This document shows, piece by piece, positions 39,256-47,572 of a stretch of 64,000 nucleotides of DNA (positions are counted from its first letter, which is position 1; every line of letters begins with the position of its first letter). Made by a program: the position numbers and the translations under genes. The notes beneath the pieces were generated by a model. That model made no database searches, was not told the origin of the DNA, and was given only the letters and a program-made list of their open reading frames with translations. The stretch is from sequence record MG592671.1. One strand, 5' to 3'.

Positions 39256-39863
39256 TGAAACACGTTGTACTGGTACACGGGCTGTTTATGCACGGAACTG
39301 TAATGAAAGTTATGGAATCTCGTTTTTCTAAGTTGGGGTATATAGTCCACAATTTTAGCTATAATTCGTTTAATCCAGATGCAGCAGTTGATAAGCTACG
39401 CCAATATTGTGATTTAATAGATCTACACGGAAATGTATATTTTGTAGGGCACTCATTAGGTGGGATAGTAATTGACAAATTTATGGAAACGTCGTATGAC
39501 AGATATATGTTTAACGACTGTTGTGTTGTAACTTTAGGAACGCCACATAAAGGATCATCTATTGCGAATAGAGTAGACTCGATACCCATACTACGTTGTG
39601 TCTTAGGGAAGTCAGCCCCTGTCTTGACTGCAGGAACATCTAGCAAAAACTACGATTTAGGGTGTATTGCTGGAACATGCGAGGTTGGAATAGCTGTATT
39701 CTCTAAAGAACCAAATGATGGCACTGTGACTGTCGCAGAAGCGATTACTCCGTTTTCTATTGACAGCCTTGAAATTAATTTAAGCCACACTGCGCTTGTA
39801 TATTCTAATAAAGTAGTGGAACAGGTCCACTACTTTATTAATAATCGTAAATTTAAAAAGTAG
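39252..39863 (+). CDS. Alpha/beta hydrolase (esterase/lipase)
   Basis: VHGL, GHSLGG, LGTPH-GS, NDGTV, SH. Confidence 0.88.
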   Translation: MMKHVVLVHGLFMHGTVMKVMESRFSKLGYIVHNFSYNSFNPDAAVDKLRQYCDLIDLHGNVYFVGHSLGGIVIDKFMETSYDRYMFNDCCVVTLGTPHKGSSIANRVDSIPILRCVLGKSAPVLTAGTSSKNYDLGCIAGTCEVGIAVFSKEPNDGTVTVAEAITPFSIDSLEINLSHTALVYSNKVVEQVHYFINNRKFKK

Positions 39864-39871
39864 GAGAAAAA

Positions 39872-39964
39872 ATGAAAAAAATTTCTGTTTTGACTTATGA
39901 CGATTCTGACGAGGCTTGTGGGATGTGCGGGAATTGGGGATGGGGAAATTGTCCTAATTGCTAG
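39872..39964 (+). CDS. 30-aa CxxC...CxxC microprotein
   Basis: SD AGGAG; MKKISVLTYDDSDEACGMCGNWGWGNCPNC. Confidence 0.6.
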   Translation: MKKISVLTYDDSDEACGMCGNWGWGNCPNC

Positions 39965-40215
39965 AACAATTCATCCATAGTTTCCTGCTCATGATAAGAA
40001 CTTACACGTTCTTGCACATCAGATAACTCTTTTCTCAAAAAACGAATTTCGTCGTATTGGCGATCTAATTCGTCCTCTAAGTACTGGATTTGTTCAGAAA
40101 CATTAGGTTTCTGAACGCTTCCATCATTAAAAAAGTACACTCTGTACAAAACACCTAAACCTATAAAAACTACCATTAATGATAAAAATATATCGGATAT
40201 TTTATTAAAGTTCAT
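39961..40215 (-). CDS. TM plus coiled-coil protein (spanin-like?)
   Basis: N-terminal TM; downstream of the holin-like gene. Confidence 0.45.
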   Translation of the reverse strand: MNFNKISDIFLSLMVVFIGLGVLYRVYFFNDGSVQKPNVSEQIQYLEDELDRQYDEIRFLRKELSDVQERVSSYHEQETMDELF

Positions 40216-40217
40216 GT

Positions 40218-40667
40218 TTACGCTCTCTTAGCAATACTTGCGCCAAAATAAGTGCCGGTAATTATTTGAAAAGAGTCAACAACCACAGGATGCATGACAA
40301 AACCTTTAAGCTCAGTCCATACTACTTTAGTTGTTGTGGTGTCAATTAATCCAAATAGATACTTACCACCTTCTGTTACGGTTTCTGGTGAAAAGATAGG
40401 CAATGTGGGATCAATGATAGGTGCAAAGACTACAAATGCTACTAAGGAAGTCATTACCAACGCAATAACTCTGCGCGTAATCCCGAACCACATGTTCTCT
40501 TTAGCCATATCGTTAGACTTGTCTATGTTTTCTTGGCGTTTTGCAGATAATCCTATGATCATCTCTTGTTGCACTCTCTTATTCTCCATACTAATAGAAA
40601 ACAATTTAGTTACTGCTCCGAAGATTCCGCCACAAATCAATGGGAGTAGATCCATTAATATACTCAT
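40218..40667 (-). CDS. Holin-like membrane protein
   Basis: Multi-TM, C-terminal TGTYFG-S-AK; GTAAATA on the minus strand at 40694-40700. Confidence 0.55.
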   Translation of the reverse strand: MSILMDLLPLICGGIFGAVTKLFSISMENKRVQQEMIIGLSAKRQENIDKSNDMAKENMWFGITRRVIALVMTSLVAFVVFAPIIDPTLPIFSPETVTEGGKYLFGLIDTTTTKVVWTELKGFVMHPVVVDSFQIITGTYFGASIAKRA

Positions 40668-40700
40668 ATCAAACTCCTTATATGGATACTAGGTATTTAC

Positions 40701-40973
40701 ATGAAACTTGAAACTGATGCAGATTTCGAATACTATAATTATTGCCAAGCAGTATCAACGCTAATAGTCCACCACAAAGATTCTTTAGATTTTGCATCTA
40801 AAAACAGACCAGATACTTCTCTTGAATTAGAATTAGCTCTATCATTAGAACCACACAAGTACACTAAAGAAGAATGGTGGGATGTGCTTAACAATAATAT
40901 TGTTATGTTCGCTTTACTCGATGAGCGCATTAGTAAAATTATCCCAAATTATATCAAATGGGCTAGAGAGTAA
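40701..40973 (+). CDS. hypothetical protein
   Basis: Contains LELELALSLEP. Confidence 0.65.
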   Translation: MKLETDADFEYYNYCQAVSTLIVHHKDSLDFASKNRPDTSLELELALSLEPHKYTKEEWWDVLNNNIVMFALLDERISKIIPNYIKWARE

Positions 40974-41242
40974 TGTCTTCACCACTACACAAACTCCTAA
41001 TAGCTAGAATGTTATTATTTCGACCAAAGTCTATTGGTCGAAATATACAAAGAGCTCACTTAGTTGACTTAGAGCCTTGTGTTGATTTTGTAATGTCGCT
41101 ATTTGATAATGATTACACTACAGAAGATAGAATACAAGAAATAGAAGAAGCTGAGATAACTCTTGCTTTGTTGAATCCACAATTCAGTACAATAATGAAT
41201 GGCGCAATAAAAGATTACAAAGCTGATGGGATTGAGCGATAA
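40973..41242 (+). CDS. hypothetical protein
   Basis: Contains EAEITLALLNP. Confidence 0.65.
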   Translation: MSSPLHKLLIARMLLFRPKSIGRNIQRAHLVDLEPCVDFVMSLFDNDYTTEDRIQEIEEAEITLALLNPQFSTIMNGAIKDYKADGIER

Positions 41243-41266
41243 CATGGAGTAAATATTCATGTAAAA

Positions 41267-41275
41267 TGTTATAAT
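41267..41275 (+). promoter_or_regulatory. Phage promoter core
   Basis: TGTTATAAT. Confidence 0.65.
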
Positions 41276-41312
41276 AAAATAACAAAACGCAACAATAAAA
41301 GAAGGAACTTTT

Positions 41313-42698
41313 ATGAGTACTAAACACTTTGTTTTGGATACGAATATCCTACTGCACGATCCAGGCGCAGTGACATCTTTTGATGAGCACACTGTTGTAA
41401 TACCTATGGTAGTGTTGCAGGAGTTGGATAATATCAAACAGCAAAAGACTCGTGATGTATGTCGCGAAGCTCGAGTAGCTATCCGACAAATTGAAGATAT
41501 TGTTGGCGATGCAAGTCACCAAGAAATCTTAGCTGGTGTTCCAATTGGTGCAACAATCCCAGGTATACCTGATACTGCTAAGTTGACGATCTTCCCTGAT
41601 CACTCAACTGATTTTTCGATGGAACCTTTCATCCAAGATCCAATCAACGATGACATTATCATCAACGTTGCTCTAAAGATGCAACAAGATGGCATTGATG
41701 TTGTTCTAGTTTCAAATGATATCAATATGCGTTTGAAAGCTAAAGGTTGTGGCATGGAACGAGTTGAATCTTATTCTTCAGACAAAACTGTTGATGATGT
41801 AGATCTACTTCCTCGTGGTCATCGTGAACTAGAATTTAACTTCTGGGATGCAGTTGGCGCAGCACCTAAATCATACGTTGACGAGTATCGCATTTACTAC
41901 CACGTTGATGCAAGTCTTTTCCCTGAAGATACTATTCTAAATGAATATTTCTATAGTGAAGACCAAGGTGTTATGTTCCGTGTTAAAGGACATGATGAAG
42001 ATGGTTTGCTAATTGTAGAAGATATTACTTATCAGAAAGCACTTGATAAGAAGATTTGGGGCATTCATCCTAAAGATGAAGGACAAGCTATAGCAGTCCA
42101 TTCCTTGCTAGATCAAGAACAAGCACTAACAACTTTGCTTGGCCCAGCTGGTACAGGTAAAACTCTTGTTACTATCGCCACAGCACTTGAAATGGTATTC
42201 GAGAAGAAACGTTATGATAAGATCATCTTTACTCGTTCTATGCAATCTCAGTTCGAAGACATTGGCTTTTTACCAGGCAGTGAGGCAGAGAAGACCATGC
42301 CATGGTGTGGTGGAGCATTTGATAGCTTGGAGTTCCTACATAAGAACGACAACGATCCACAAAGCTCAGTAGAGTTCTTGCTAGAACAAGGTAAGCTACA
42401 GTTCCGTGCGTTGAACTTCATTCGTGGACGTTCATTCCAGGACACAATTTTGATCATTGATGAAGCGCAGAACTTATCTGCTACACAGATCAAAACAATT
42501 CTATCTCGTGCAGGTAAGAACTGTAAGGTTGTATTACTTGGCAACTTAGCTCAGATTGATAATCAGTACGTATCTCCACTATCAAGTGGTCTTACTTACG
42601 CAGTTGAAAAGACTAAAATGTACCACGGTGCATCAGTTATTCAACTAGAAGGTGTTATCCGTTCAGAGTTAGCTGACTTCGTTGAGAAAAACTTTTAA
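41313..42698 (+). CDS. phoH: PhoH-family ATPase with an N-terminal PIN domain
   Basis: VLDTNILL, GPAGTGKT, RGRS, IIDEAQN, LLGN--QID. Confidence 0.93.
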   Translation: MSTKHFVLDTNILLHDPGAVTSFDEHTVVIPMVVLQELDNIKQQKTRDVCREARVAIRQIEDIVGDASHQEILAGVPIGATIPGIPDTAKLTIFPDHSTDFSMEPFIQDPINDDIIINVALKMQQDGIDVVLVSNDINMRLKAKGCGMERVESYSSDKTVDDVDLLPRGHRELEFNFWDAVGAAPKSYVDEYRIYYHVDASLFPEDTILNEYFYSEDQGVMFRVKGHDEDGLLIVEDITYQKALDKKIWGIHPKDEGQAIAVHSLLDQEQALTTLLGPAGTGKTLVTIATALEMVFEKKRYDKIIFTRSMQSQFEDIGFLPGSEAEKTMPWCGGAFDSLEFLHKNDNDPQSSVEFLLEQGKLQFRALNFIRGRSFQDTILIIDEAQNLSATQIKTILSRAGKNCKVVLLGNLAQIDNQYVSPLSSGLTYAVEKTKMYHGASVIQLEGVIRSELADFVEKNF

Positions 42699-42702
42699 GA
42701 TA

Positions 42703-42722
42703 AAAAGCCGCTAGCGGCTTTT
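42703..42722 (+). terminator. Terminator
   Basis: AAAAGCCGC-TA-GCGGCTTTT. Confidence 0.75.
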
Positions 42723-42739
42723 ATTTTGGGGTTAGATAA

Positions 42740-42769
42740 TGTTACAGCCCTAAAATTAAATGTTATAAT
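42740..42769 (+). promoter_or_regulatory. Phage promoter
   Basis: TGTTACA-N14-TGTTATAAT. Confidence 0.75.
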
Positions 42770-42825
42770 AAAAAGTAAGCAAAACAAACTAACAAGTTTT
42801 TAAAATAAACAAAAGGAAAGCGCAA

Positions 42826-43107
42826 ATGGCAAAAGATAATTCTCGTCAGGCTGCAATGAATAACTCAGAACGTGTTGCATCGCTTAAATCCCTGCGAAAA
42901 GCTGGTGTTATCGATCGAGCTACTTTTCGAATGATTGCAAAGCAGAAAGGCCTAAGTTGTGCTCGCACGCCAATCACTAACACTGGCGGTAAAGATGGTG
43001 GTCATCGTGTTCCAGAAATGCCTAAGTTTTTAGATGTGGACGGCAAAGAAGACAACACCCGTTGGGTGAGTGTTGGCTCTCAGCCAGCAGTGCGTTTCAC
43101 TAAGTAA
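42826..43107 (+). CDS. Small basic protein
   Basis: SD AAGGA; co-transcribed with the downstream structured RNA. Confidence 0.7.
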   Translation: MAKDNSRQAAMNNSERVASLKSLRKAGVIDRATFRMIAKQKGLSCARTPITNTGGKDGGHRVPEMPKFLDVDGKEDNTRWVSVGSQPAVRFTK

Positions 43108-43719
43108 TACTGATAGTGCTTGGAGTTAAATCCCAGGCATTACTAGAACTGGTTCTAATCACCAGTAGAGGCTCGAGACTCTAAAACGTTAGCAGCTCCT
43201 CCTACTGTGAGGCTTAAGGTGAAACTGAAAAGTCTCTCAGTAAGATACAGGACGTAGTAAAAGTACGAAGTGTAACAGAATGCGCAGTCTGATCAATAAG
43301 AGAGGTTGCTATAGCTGCGGACTGGTATAACTGGTATATTCTAGTAATAGATATATTAGATCAGTTTAGTGGCAACGTGGGTTCGACTCCCATGTGAGAT
43401 CACACTAAGTATTAGAGGAGATACGTCGCTCCTAGTGTTGACGGCATAACTTACTTGCCAGAGCTGAATAAATGTCATGTAGTACCGCTGTCCGAAAGGA
43501 CAGCACATTAACAGAATTTTATAAATATCATTGTACTTAATTAAAAGAATTTAAAACAAGGAAATTGTCGATGCACGTATCAGTTACTAAATCTAGTTCG
43601 TTTAGTAAGGGAACTAAATGGTTCTCCTGGATACTAGTGCCTGAAAATTGTCGACTGATAGCATAACCTCCTTTTTGTTTTGCGCTATTAAGCCGATGAT
43701 TGTTTCATCGGCTTATTTT
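43108..43719 (+). ncRNA. Large (~610 nt) structured non-coding region with a T-arm, ending in a terminator
   Basis: No ORF in the track; more than 12 helices including 10-bp long-range pairs, a GAAA tetraloop and GGGTTCGACTCCC. Confidence 0.7.
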
Positions 43720-43733
43720 ATGACTTGAATAAA

Positions 43734-43772
43734 TGCAATGCACCCTACATAATATGTTATAATAATATGTAG
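43734..43772 (+). promoter_or_regulatory. Phage promoter inside an inverted repeat
   Basis: TGCAATG-N14-TGTTATAAT; CTACATA/TATGTAG. Confidence 0.65.
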
Positions 43773-43796
43773 ACGTTAACTAAGTAGGTATTAGCA

Positions 43797-44507
43797 ATGA
43801 GCACAGAGATTAGTGAATTCCCTTACGTTAGACCAGAGCAGCGCGTGTCAGCACATTTTGCTAAGAACTGGACATTTAATTTTCCCTATCGTTCAGCTGG
43901 GATGTTCAACTATGGATCTAAAGTTTATGGCAACAAGAAGCCAAGCGATATTGACGTAATTGCTGTATTTGTTGGTAATGTTGATTATTGCGAACAACAT
44001 AAAGTTGAAGATATAAACAACATCGGCACTTTCATCGACGTCACGTTGTATAGTGAAAAAACCTTCCTAGAGAAAGTTAACGAACACGAGATTTCAATAT
44101 TAGAATGTGTGTTTGCCAAAAAGAAAAATATATTAGTTCCGATAAGTTTGTACTTAGAACGACAACTGAAGCATTTTGTAATTGACAAGTCTACTCTACG
44201 TAGAGCAATTTCCAAGAAAGCAAGTAACTCTTATGTAAAAGCTAAGAAAAAACTTTTAGTTGAAGCGGACTACGATTTGGAATGTTCGCTGAAAAGCTTA
44301 TGGCATTCGATTCGTATTTTAGACTTTGGTTCACAGCTTGCTGAATCAAGCACTATCGACGAATTTGATTCAGTTAATTGGATATTTAAAGATATACTAG
44401 ATACATATATCAGCACAGAGTGTAACTGGGAAGAGATTCATAAAAAGTATAAGCCAATTTATAATGAGTTTGCAAGTACATTTCGTGAAACTTGTCCAAA
44501 GGAATAA
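43797..44507 (+). CDS. Pol-beta-type nucleotidyltransferase
   Basis: YGSKVYG...SDIDVIAV. Confidence 0.75.
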   Translation: MSTEISEFPYVRPEQRVSAHFAKNWTFNFPYRSAGMFNYGSKVYGNKKPSDIDVIAVFVGNVDYCEQHKVEDINNIGTFIDVTLYSEKTFLEKVNEHEISILECVFAKKKNILVPISLYLERQLKHFVIDKSTLRRAISKKASNSYVKAKKKLLVEADYDLECSLKSLWHSIRILDFGSQLAESSTIDEFDSVNWIFKDILDTYISTECNWEEIHKKYKPIYNEFASTFRETCPKE

Positions 44508-44509
44508 TT

Positions 44510-44791
44510 ATGTGTGGAGCAGCCGCAGCAATACATCTTCTACATCAGCGAGCTCGTGAAGAAGAAAATCAAAGACAGACACGTTCAATGTTTCCGTCAG
44601 ATGAAAAAATATCAGGTGTTGTCCATAAAATATTTCAACCTAAAGTTGATGAAGCTAAAAAACTTCTTGGTGAGATTGACAAGCTAACACAACAGGCTGA
44701 ATTAGCTGAATTAGAAGCTAAACTCGCACAGAACGAGAAGTATACATTTCCTACTTTTTCTGTACAAGATATTCAGAACTTACGAAAATGA
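44510..44791 (+). CDS. hypothetical protein
   Basis: ORF. Confidence 0.65.
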   Translation: MCGAAAAIHLLHQRAREEENQRQTRSMFPSDEKISGVVHKIFQPKVDEAKKLLGEIDKLTQQAELAELEAKLAQNEKYTFPTFSVQDIQNLRK

Positions 44792-44961
44792 CATTACATA
44801 GCACGTTCCCTTATGGTAGTAAAATCCTTATTATCTTTAAAGATGGATCACAGCTTGTAACGAAGTTTCGTGATTCAAAGTCAGGTAAAATTATTACTGA
44901 TGATGGCACATTTTTGAAAACAGATATTAGAAGCACTGGCTTTTATAAGGCTAAGAAATGA
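44788..44961 (+). CDS. 57-aa hypothetical protein absent from the ORF track
   Basis: ATGA coupling on both sides. Confidence 0.6.
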   Translation: MTLHSTFPYGSKILIIFKDGSQLVTKFRDSKSGKIITDDGTFLKTDIRSTGFYKAKK

Positions 44962-45038
44962 ATATTTTGTATTTACATCTAGTAATCTATGCGCCGATAA
45001 TTTATTATGTGCTTGTATGCATTGAAGATGTGGAGTAA
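44958..45038 (+). CDS. 26-aa hydrophobic microprotein
   Basis: ATGA coupling. Confidence 0.45.
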   Translation: MNILYLHLVIYAPIIYYVLVCIEDVE

Positions 45039-45044
45039 TTTTAC

Positions 45045-45236
45045 ATGATTGATATTATTGTTGATCACTTAACATCTCAACTTCCACTTATGCTCATAAT
45101 GATACCATTTGCGTTATTGCTTGGTTGGGTCATGAAAGAATTTGATGATGTTGAGGGAGAACATTACGAATCACTTGAACGTGATTACGAAATGTTAGCG
45201 TATTTGGATAAAAATAAGCCAAAAGATGGCAAGTAA
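45045..45236 (+). CDS. Small membrane protein
   Basis: One TM; SD GGAG. Confidence 0.6.
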   Translation: MIDIIVDHLTSQLPLMLIMIPFALLLGWVMKEFDDVEGEHYESLERDYEMLAYLDKNKPKDGK

Positions 45237-45441
45237 TTTTATCAAAGTCTGGTGTGAATATAATATCAGCGGATCGTTTGGTGGAAACAACAACGAAGAA
45301 GTGTTAGAGTACAACGGTGATTCAGAAGTTGACGATATTGATCAACTAGTTCTTGATTTTATGAAGCGCAAAACAAACCTAACAGAAGAAGAGCTAGAAG
45401 ATCTTCATGGTTGGGAATGGCTTGTAATGGAAGAACTATAA
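45226..45441 (+). CDS. hypothetical protein
   Basis: ORF. Confidence 0.65.
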   Translation: MASNFIKVWCEYNISGSFGGNNNEEVLEYNGDSEVDDIDQLVLDFMKRKTNLTEEELEDLHGWEWLVMEEL

Positions 45442-45450
45442 TAAAAAATT

Positions 45451-45542
45451 GGCGGGTTGGTAGAGTTTGGCTTATTGCACCTGACTTGAAATCAGGCGAA
45501 CCTTAAACGGTTCCGAGGGTTCGAATCCCTCACCCGCTTCCA
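45451..45542 (+). tRNA. tRNA-Ser(UGA)
   Basis: Class II cloverleaf, loop CTTGAAA, CCA; discriminator U. Confidence 0.9.
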
Positions 45543-45544
45543 AT

Positions 45545-45620
45545 GCAGGGATAGCTCAGTAGGTAGAGCACGTGATTGAAAATCACGGTCGCGCCAGTTC
45601 AATTCTGGCTCCTTGCACCA
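45545..45620 (+). tRNA. tRNA-Phe(GAA)
   Basis: 76 nt, loop TTGAAAA, CCA. Confidence 0.92.
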
Positions 45621-45723
45621 ACAGTGCGTACTCCTCTAATACACCTCGGTAATATTACGTTTACGCCTTCTTAATTTGTTAGTCTGTGATGGAAAAGAAA
45701 AATAATCTCAAGGAGATAAAACA

Positions 45724-45930
45724 ATGGCTAAATCCTATGTACAGATCAAGTACCTTACAGTAAGCGAACTTGATAAACTAAATGACAAGCGTTTAGTGGA
45801 AGTGCTAAAAGTTGCTCGTAAACACTTCAAGATTCTTGAAGCTGGTGAATTTACTGTTGACGAAGTTGCGTCAGCTGAAACATACCACAACCAAGTCAAA
45901 GCTATTAGCGAGACTCGTAGTAACGTATAG
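45724..45930 (+). CDS. hypothetical protein
   Basis: SD AAGGAG. Confidence 0.7.
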   Translation: MAKSYVQIKYLTVSELDKLNDKRLVEVLKVARKHFKILEAGEFTVDEVASAETYHNQVKAISETRSNV

Positions 45931-45942
45931 TAATCTACGTAC

Positions 45943-46031
45943 AGGGAATGTTCTTGTCAGCGGTCTCCAAAACCGTCGAGAATAAACAGACTTGTGGTGC
46001 TCTAGGGGTTCGATTCCTCCATTCCCTGCCA
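45943..46031 (+). tRNA. Atypical tRNA-Trp(CCA) lacking a normal D-arm
   Basis: Acceptor AGGGAAT/ATTCCCT-G-CCA, loop CTCCAAA, T-loop TTCGATT; only ~10 nt where the D-arm should be. Confidence 0.65.
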
Positions 46032-46047
46032 AATTTTATAAGATATT

Positions 46048-46269
46048 ATGAAAAGTTATAAAAGTAATTGCTTATTTGAAGCAATAAAACTACGATTTAA
46101 AATACCTAACAGTTCATTTAAAATGAAGTGGACAGAACAAAGTTGGATATTCCCTCATTGTTATGTTGAGACCGAAACGCATAAGATTGCTTTTGTTGGA
46201 TTATATTCCGATGAACCACCTTTAGCCCATTTTTGGTACATAGGTAGAATAAAAAGTAGATTGAAATAA
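46048..46269 (+). CDS. hypothetical protein
   Basis: ORF between tRNAs. Confidence 0.6.
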   Translation: MKSYKSNCLFEAIKLRFKIPNSSFKMKWTEQSWIFPHCYVETETHKIAFVGLYSDEPPLAHFWYIGRIKSRLK

Positions 46270-46272
46270 TTC

Positions 46273-46362
46273 GGAGGCATGGCAGAGCGGCTTATCGCGC
46301 ACCCCTGCTAAGGGTGTAGACCTTAATAGGTCTCGTTGGTTCAAATCCAACTGCCTCCGCCA
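46273..46362 (+). tRNA. tRNA-Ser(GCU)
   Basis: Class II, loop CTGCTAA, G73-CCA. Confidence 0.93.
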
Positions 46363-46364
46363 AT

Positions 46365-46453
46365 AGAGAGATGACTGAGTGGCTTAAGGTACTCGCTTGG
46401 AAAGCGAGAGGAGGCATAGCTTCCCGCAGGTTCGAATCCTGTTCTCTCTGCCA
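46365..46453 (+). tRNA. tRNA-Ser(GGA)
   Basis: Class II, loop TTGGAAA, G73-CCA. Confidence 0.93.
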
Positions 46454-46478
46454 ATATATTTTTAAACAAGGACTTAAT

Positions 46479-46724
46479 ATGTTCGTAGTAATTTTTGGTC
46501 AACCAGGTTGCCCATTCTGCACAAAAGCAGTAGATCTAGCTGAAAAATATAAAACAGAGCGCGATGATTTCAACTATCGTTATGTTGATATCAAAGCAGA
46601 AGGCATTAGCAAAGCTGATCTTTCAAAAACAGTAGGTGAAGAAGTGACCACAGTGCCACAAATCTTCATTGATCAAACACCAATTGGTGGTTACACGCAA
46701 TTTGAAGCATACAATTTAGACTAG
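46479..46724 (+). CDS. grxA: Glutaredoxin 1
   Basis: GQPGCPFC, TVPQIF, IGGY; start corrected to ATG46479. Confidence 0.93.
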   Translation: MFVVIFGQPGCPFCTKAVDLAEKYKTERDDFNYRYVDIKAEGISKADLSKTVGEEVTTVPQIFIDQTPIGGYTQFEAYNLD

Positions 46725-46738
46725 GAGTAAAACAGCAA

Positions 46739-47194
46739 GTGGAACACGTCATTACGTTCCTTCAGGATTACCTGTCCTGGATCATGAACGGTGTATCGAT
46801 GGTGGCAGCATATTGTCTTTCTAATCAGAGAGCAGTCGTTGGTCGATACTTAGGTGCAACAGGTGCATCTCTTTTTATATTATACGGCGTGGTGACAAAT
46901 CAGCCTGCTTTTGTGGTAGCTGATATCATCTTCCTGTACATTTACATTAGTGCAGTTTTGAAGTTCAATAAGAAACGAGATTCTTATCGTGAAAAAGCAG
47001 CGGATGATGAAGAAACTATTGCTCAAATGCGAAAGATCATCAAACGTGCTAATACAATTGAATTAGAAATTCTTGAAACACGTATTGGTAAGCAAACGAA
47101 AAAGAAACTTGAACTCCGTAAATCATTACAGAAGCAACTTTATATTCTGTTGAAGATTGGCGAAAAGATTGAAAATGACATCGAGGACGAGTAA
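46739..47194 (+). CDS. Membrane protein with a C-terminal coiled coil
   Basis: Three short TM segments; SD AGGAG. Confidence 0.65.
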   Translation: MEHVITFLQDYLSWIMNGVSMVAAYCLSNQRAVVGRYLGATGASLFILYGVVTNQPAFVVADIIFLYIYISAVLKFNKKRDSYREKAADDEETIAQMRKIIKRANTIELEILETRIGKQTKKKLELRKSLQKQLYILLKIGEKIENDIEDE

Positions 47195-47208
47195 AATCGT
47201 CCTTTTTT
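47184..47208 (+). terminator. Terminator
   Basis: AGGACGA-GTAAAA-TCGTCCTTTTTT. Confidence 0.75.
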
Positions 47209-47223
47209 GTGACTAAAATTTAT

Positions 47224-47342
47224 GGGCTCATGGCGAAGCGGGATCGCGATTTAGTTTAGTACCTAGATCTAGGAGTACGCATCCGCAACACTCTTAACCG
47301 GCATGATCGGTGACGTTGGTTCGAATCCAACTGAGTCCACTA
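47224..47342 (+). ncRNA. tRNA-like RNA with G3.U70/A73 and a replaced anticodon arm
   Basis: GGGCTCA/TGAGTCC-A-CTA, D-arm and T-arm present. Confidence 0.65.
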
Positions 47343-47349
47343 TTAACTT

Positions 47350-47568
47350 GTCGAGCTGGAAAACAAAGCCTCTGAAACTGTAAAGCCTCCACAAGGTTAA
47401 CAGATTGTAGAAGATTCGTTATACTAAGAGAATCAGGGGAGATAATGTTTGGTCAGAGTAACAAATAGATATGGAATATTAGAGGAAAAGCTAGTAGACA
47501 GTGGAACTACTTGCAGAACTCTTTTAAGACGTTGAAACTACGGGGTTCGATTCCTCGTCTCGGCACAA
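47350..47568 (+). ncRNA. 219-nt RNA with tRNA-like termini
   Basis: GTCGAG/CTCGGC-A-CAA; T-arm CGGGG-TTCGATT-CCTCG. Confidence 0.55.
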
Positions 47569-47572
47569 AAAA

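Noticed and set aside
43108-43719. RNase P RNA or group I intron
   Set aside because: No GAGGAAAGUCC box, and CGGCTTAT is part of the terminator; no paired P7 R/S elements or interrupted host gene found
46371-46478. N-terminal extension of glutaredoxin in the ORF track
   Set aside because: It overlaps tRNA-Ser(GGA); the true start is ATG46479 with SD AAGGA
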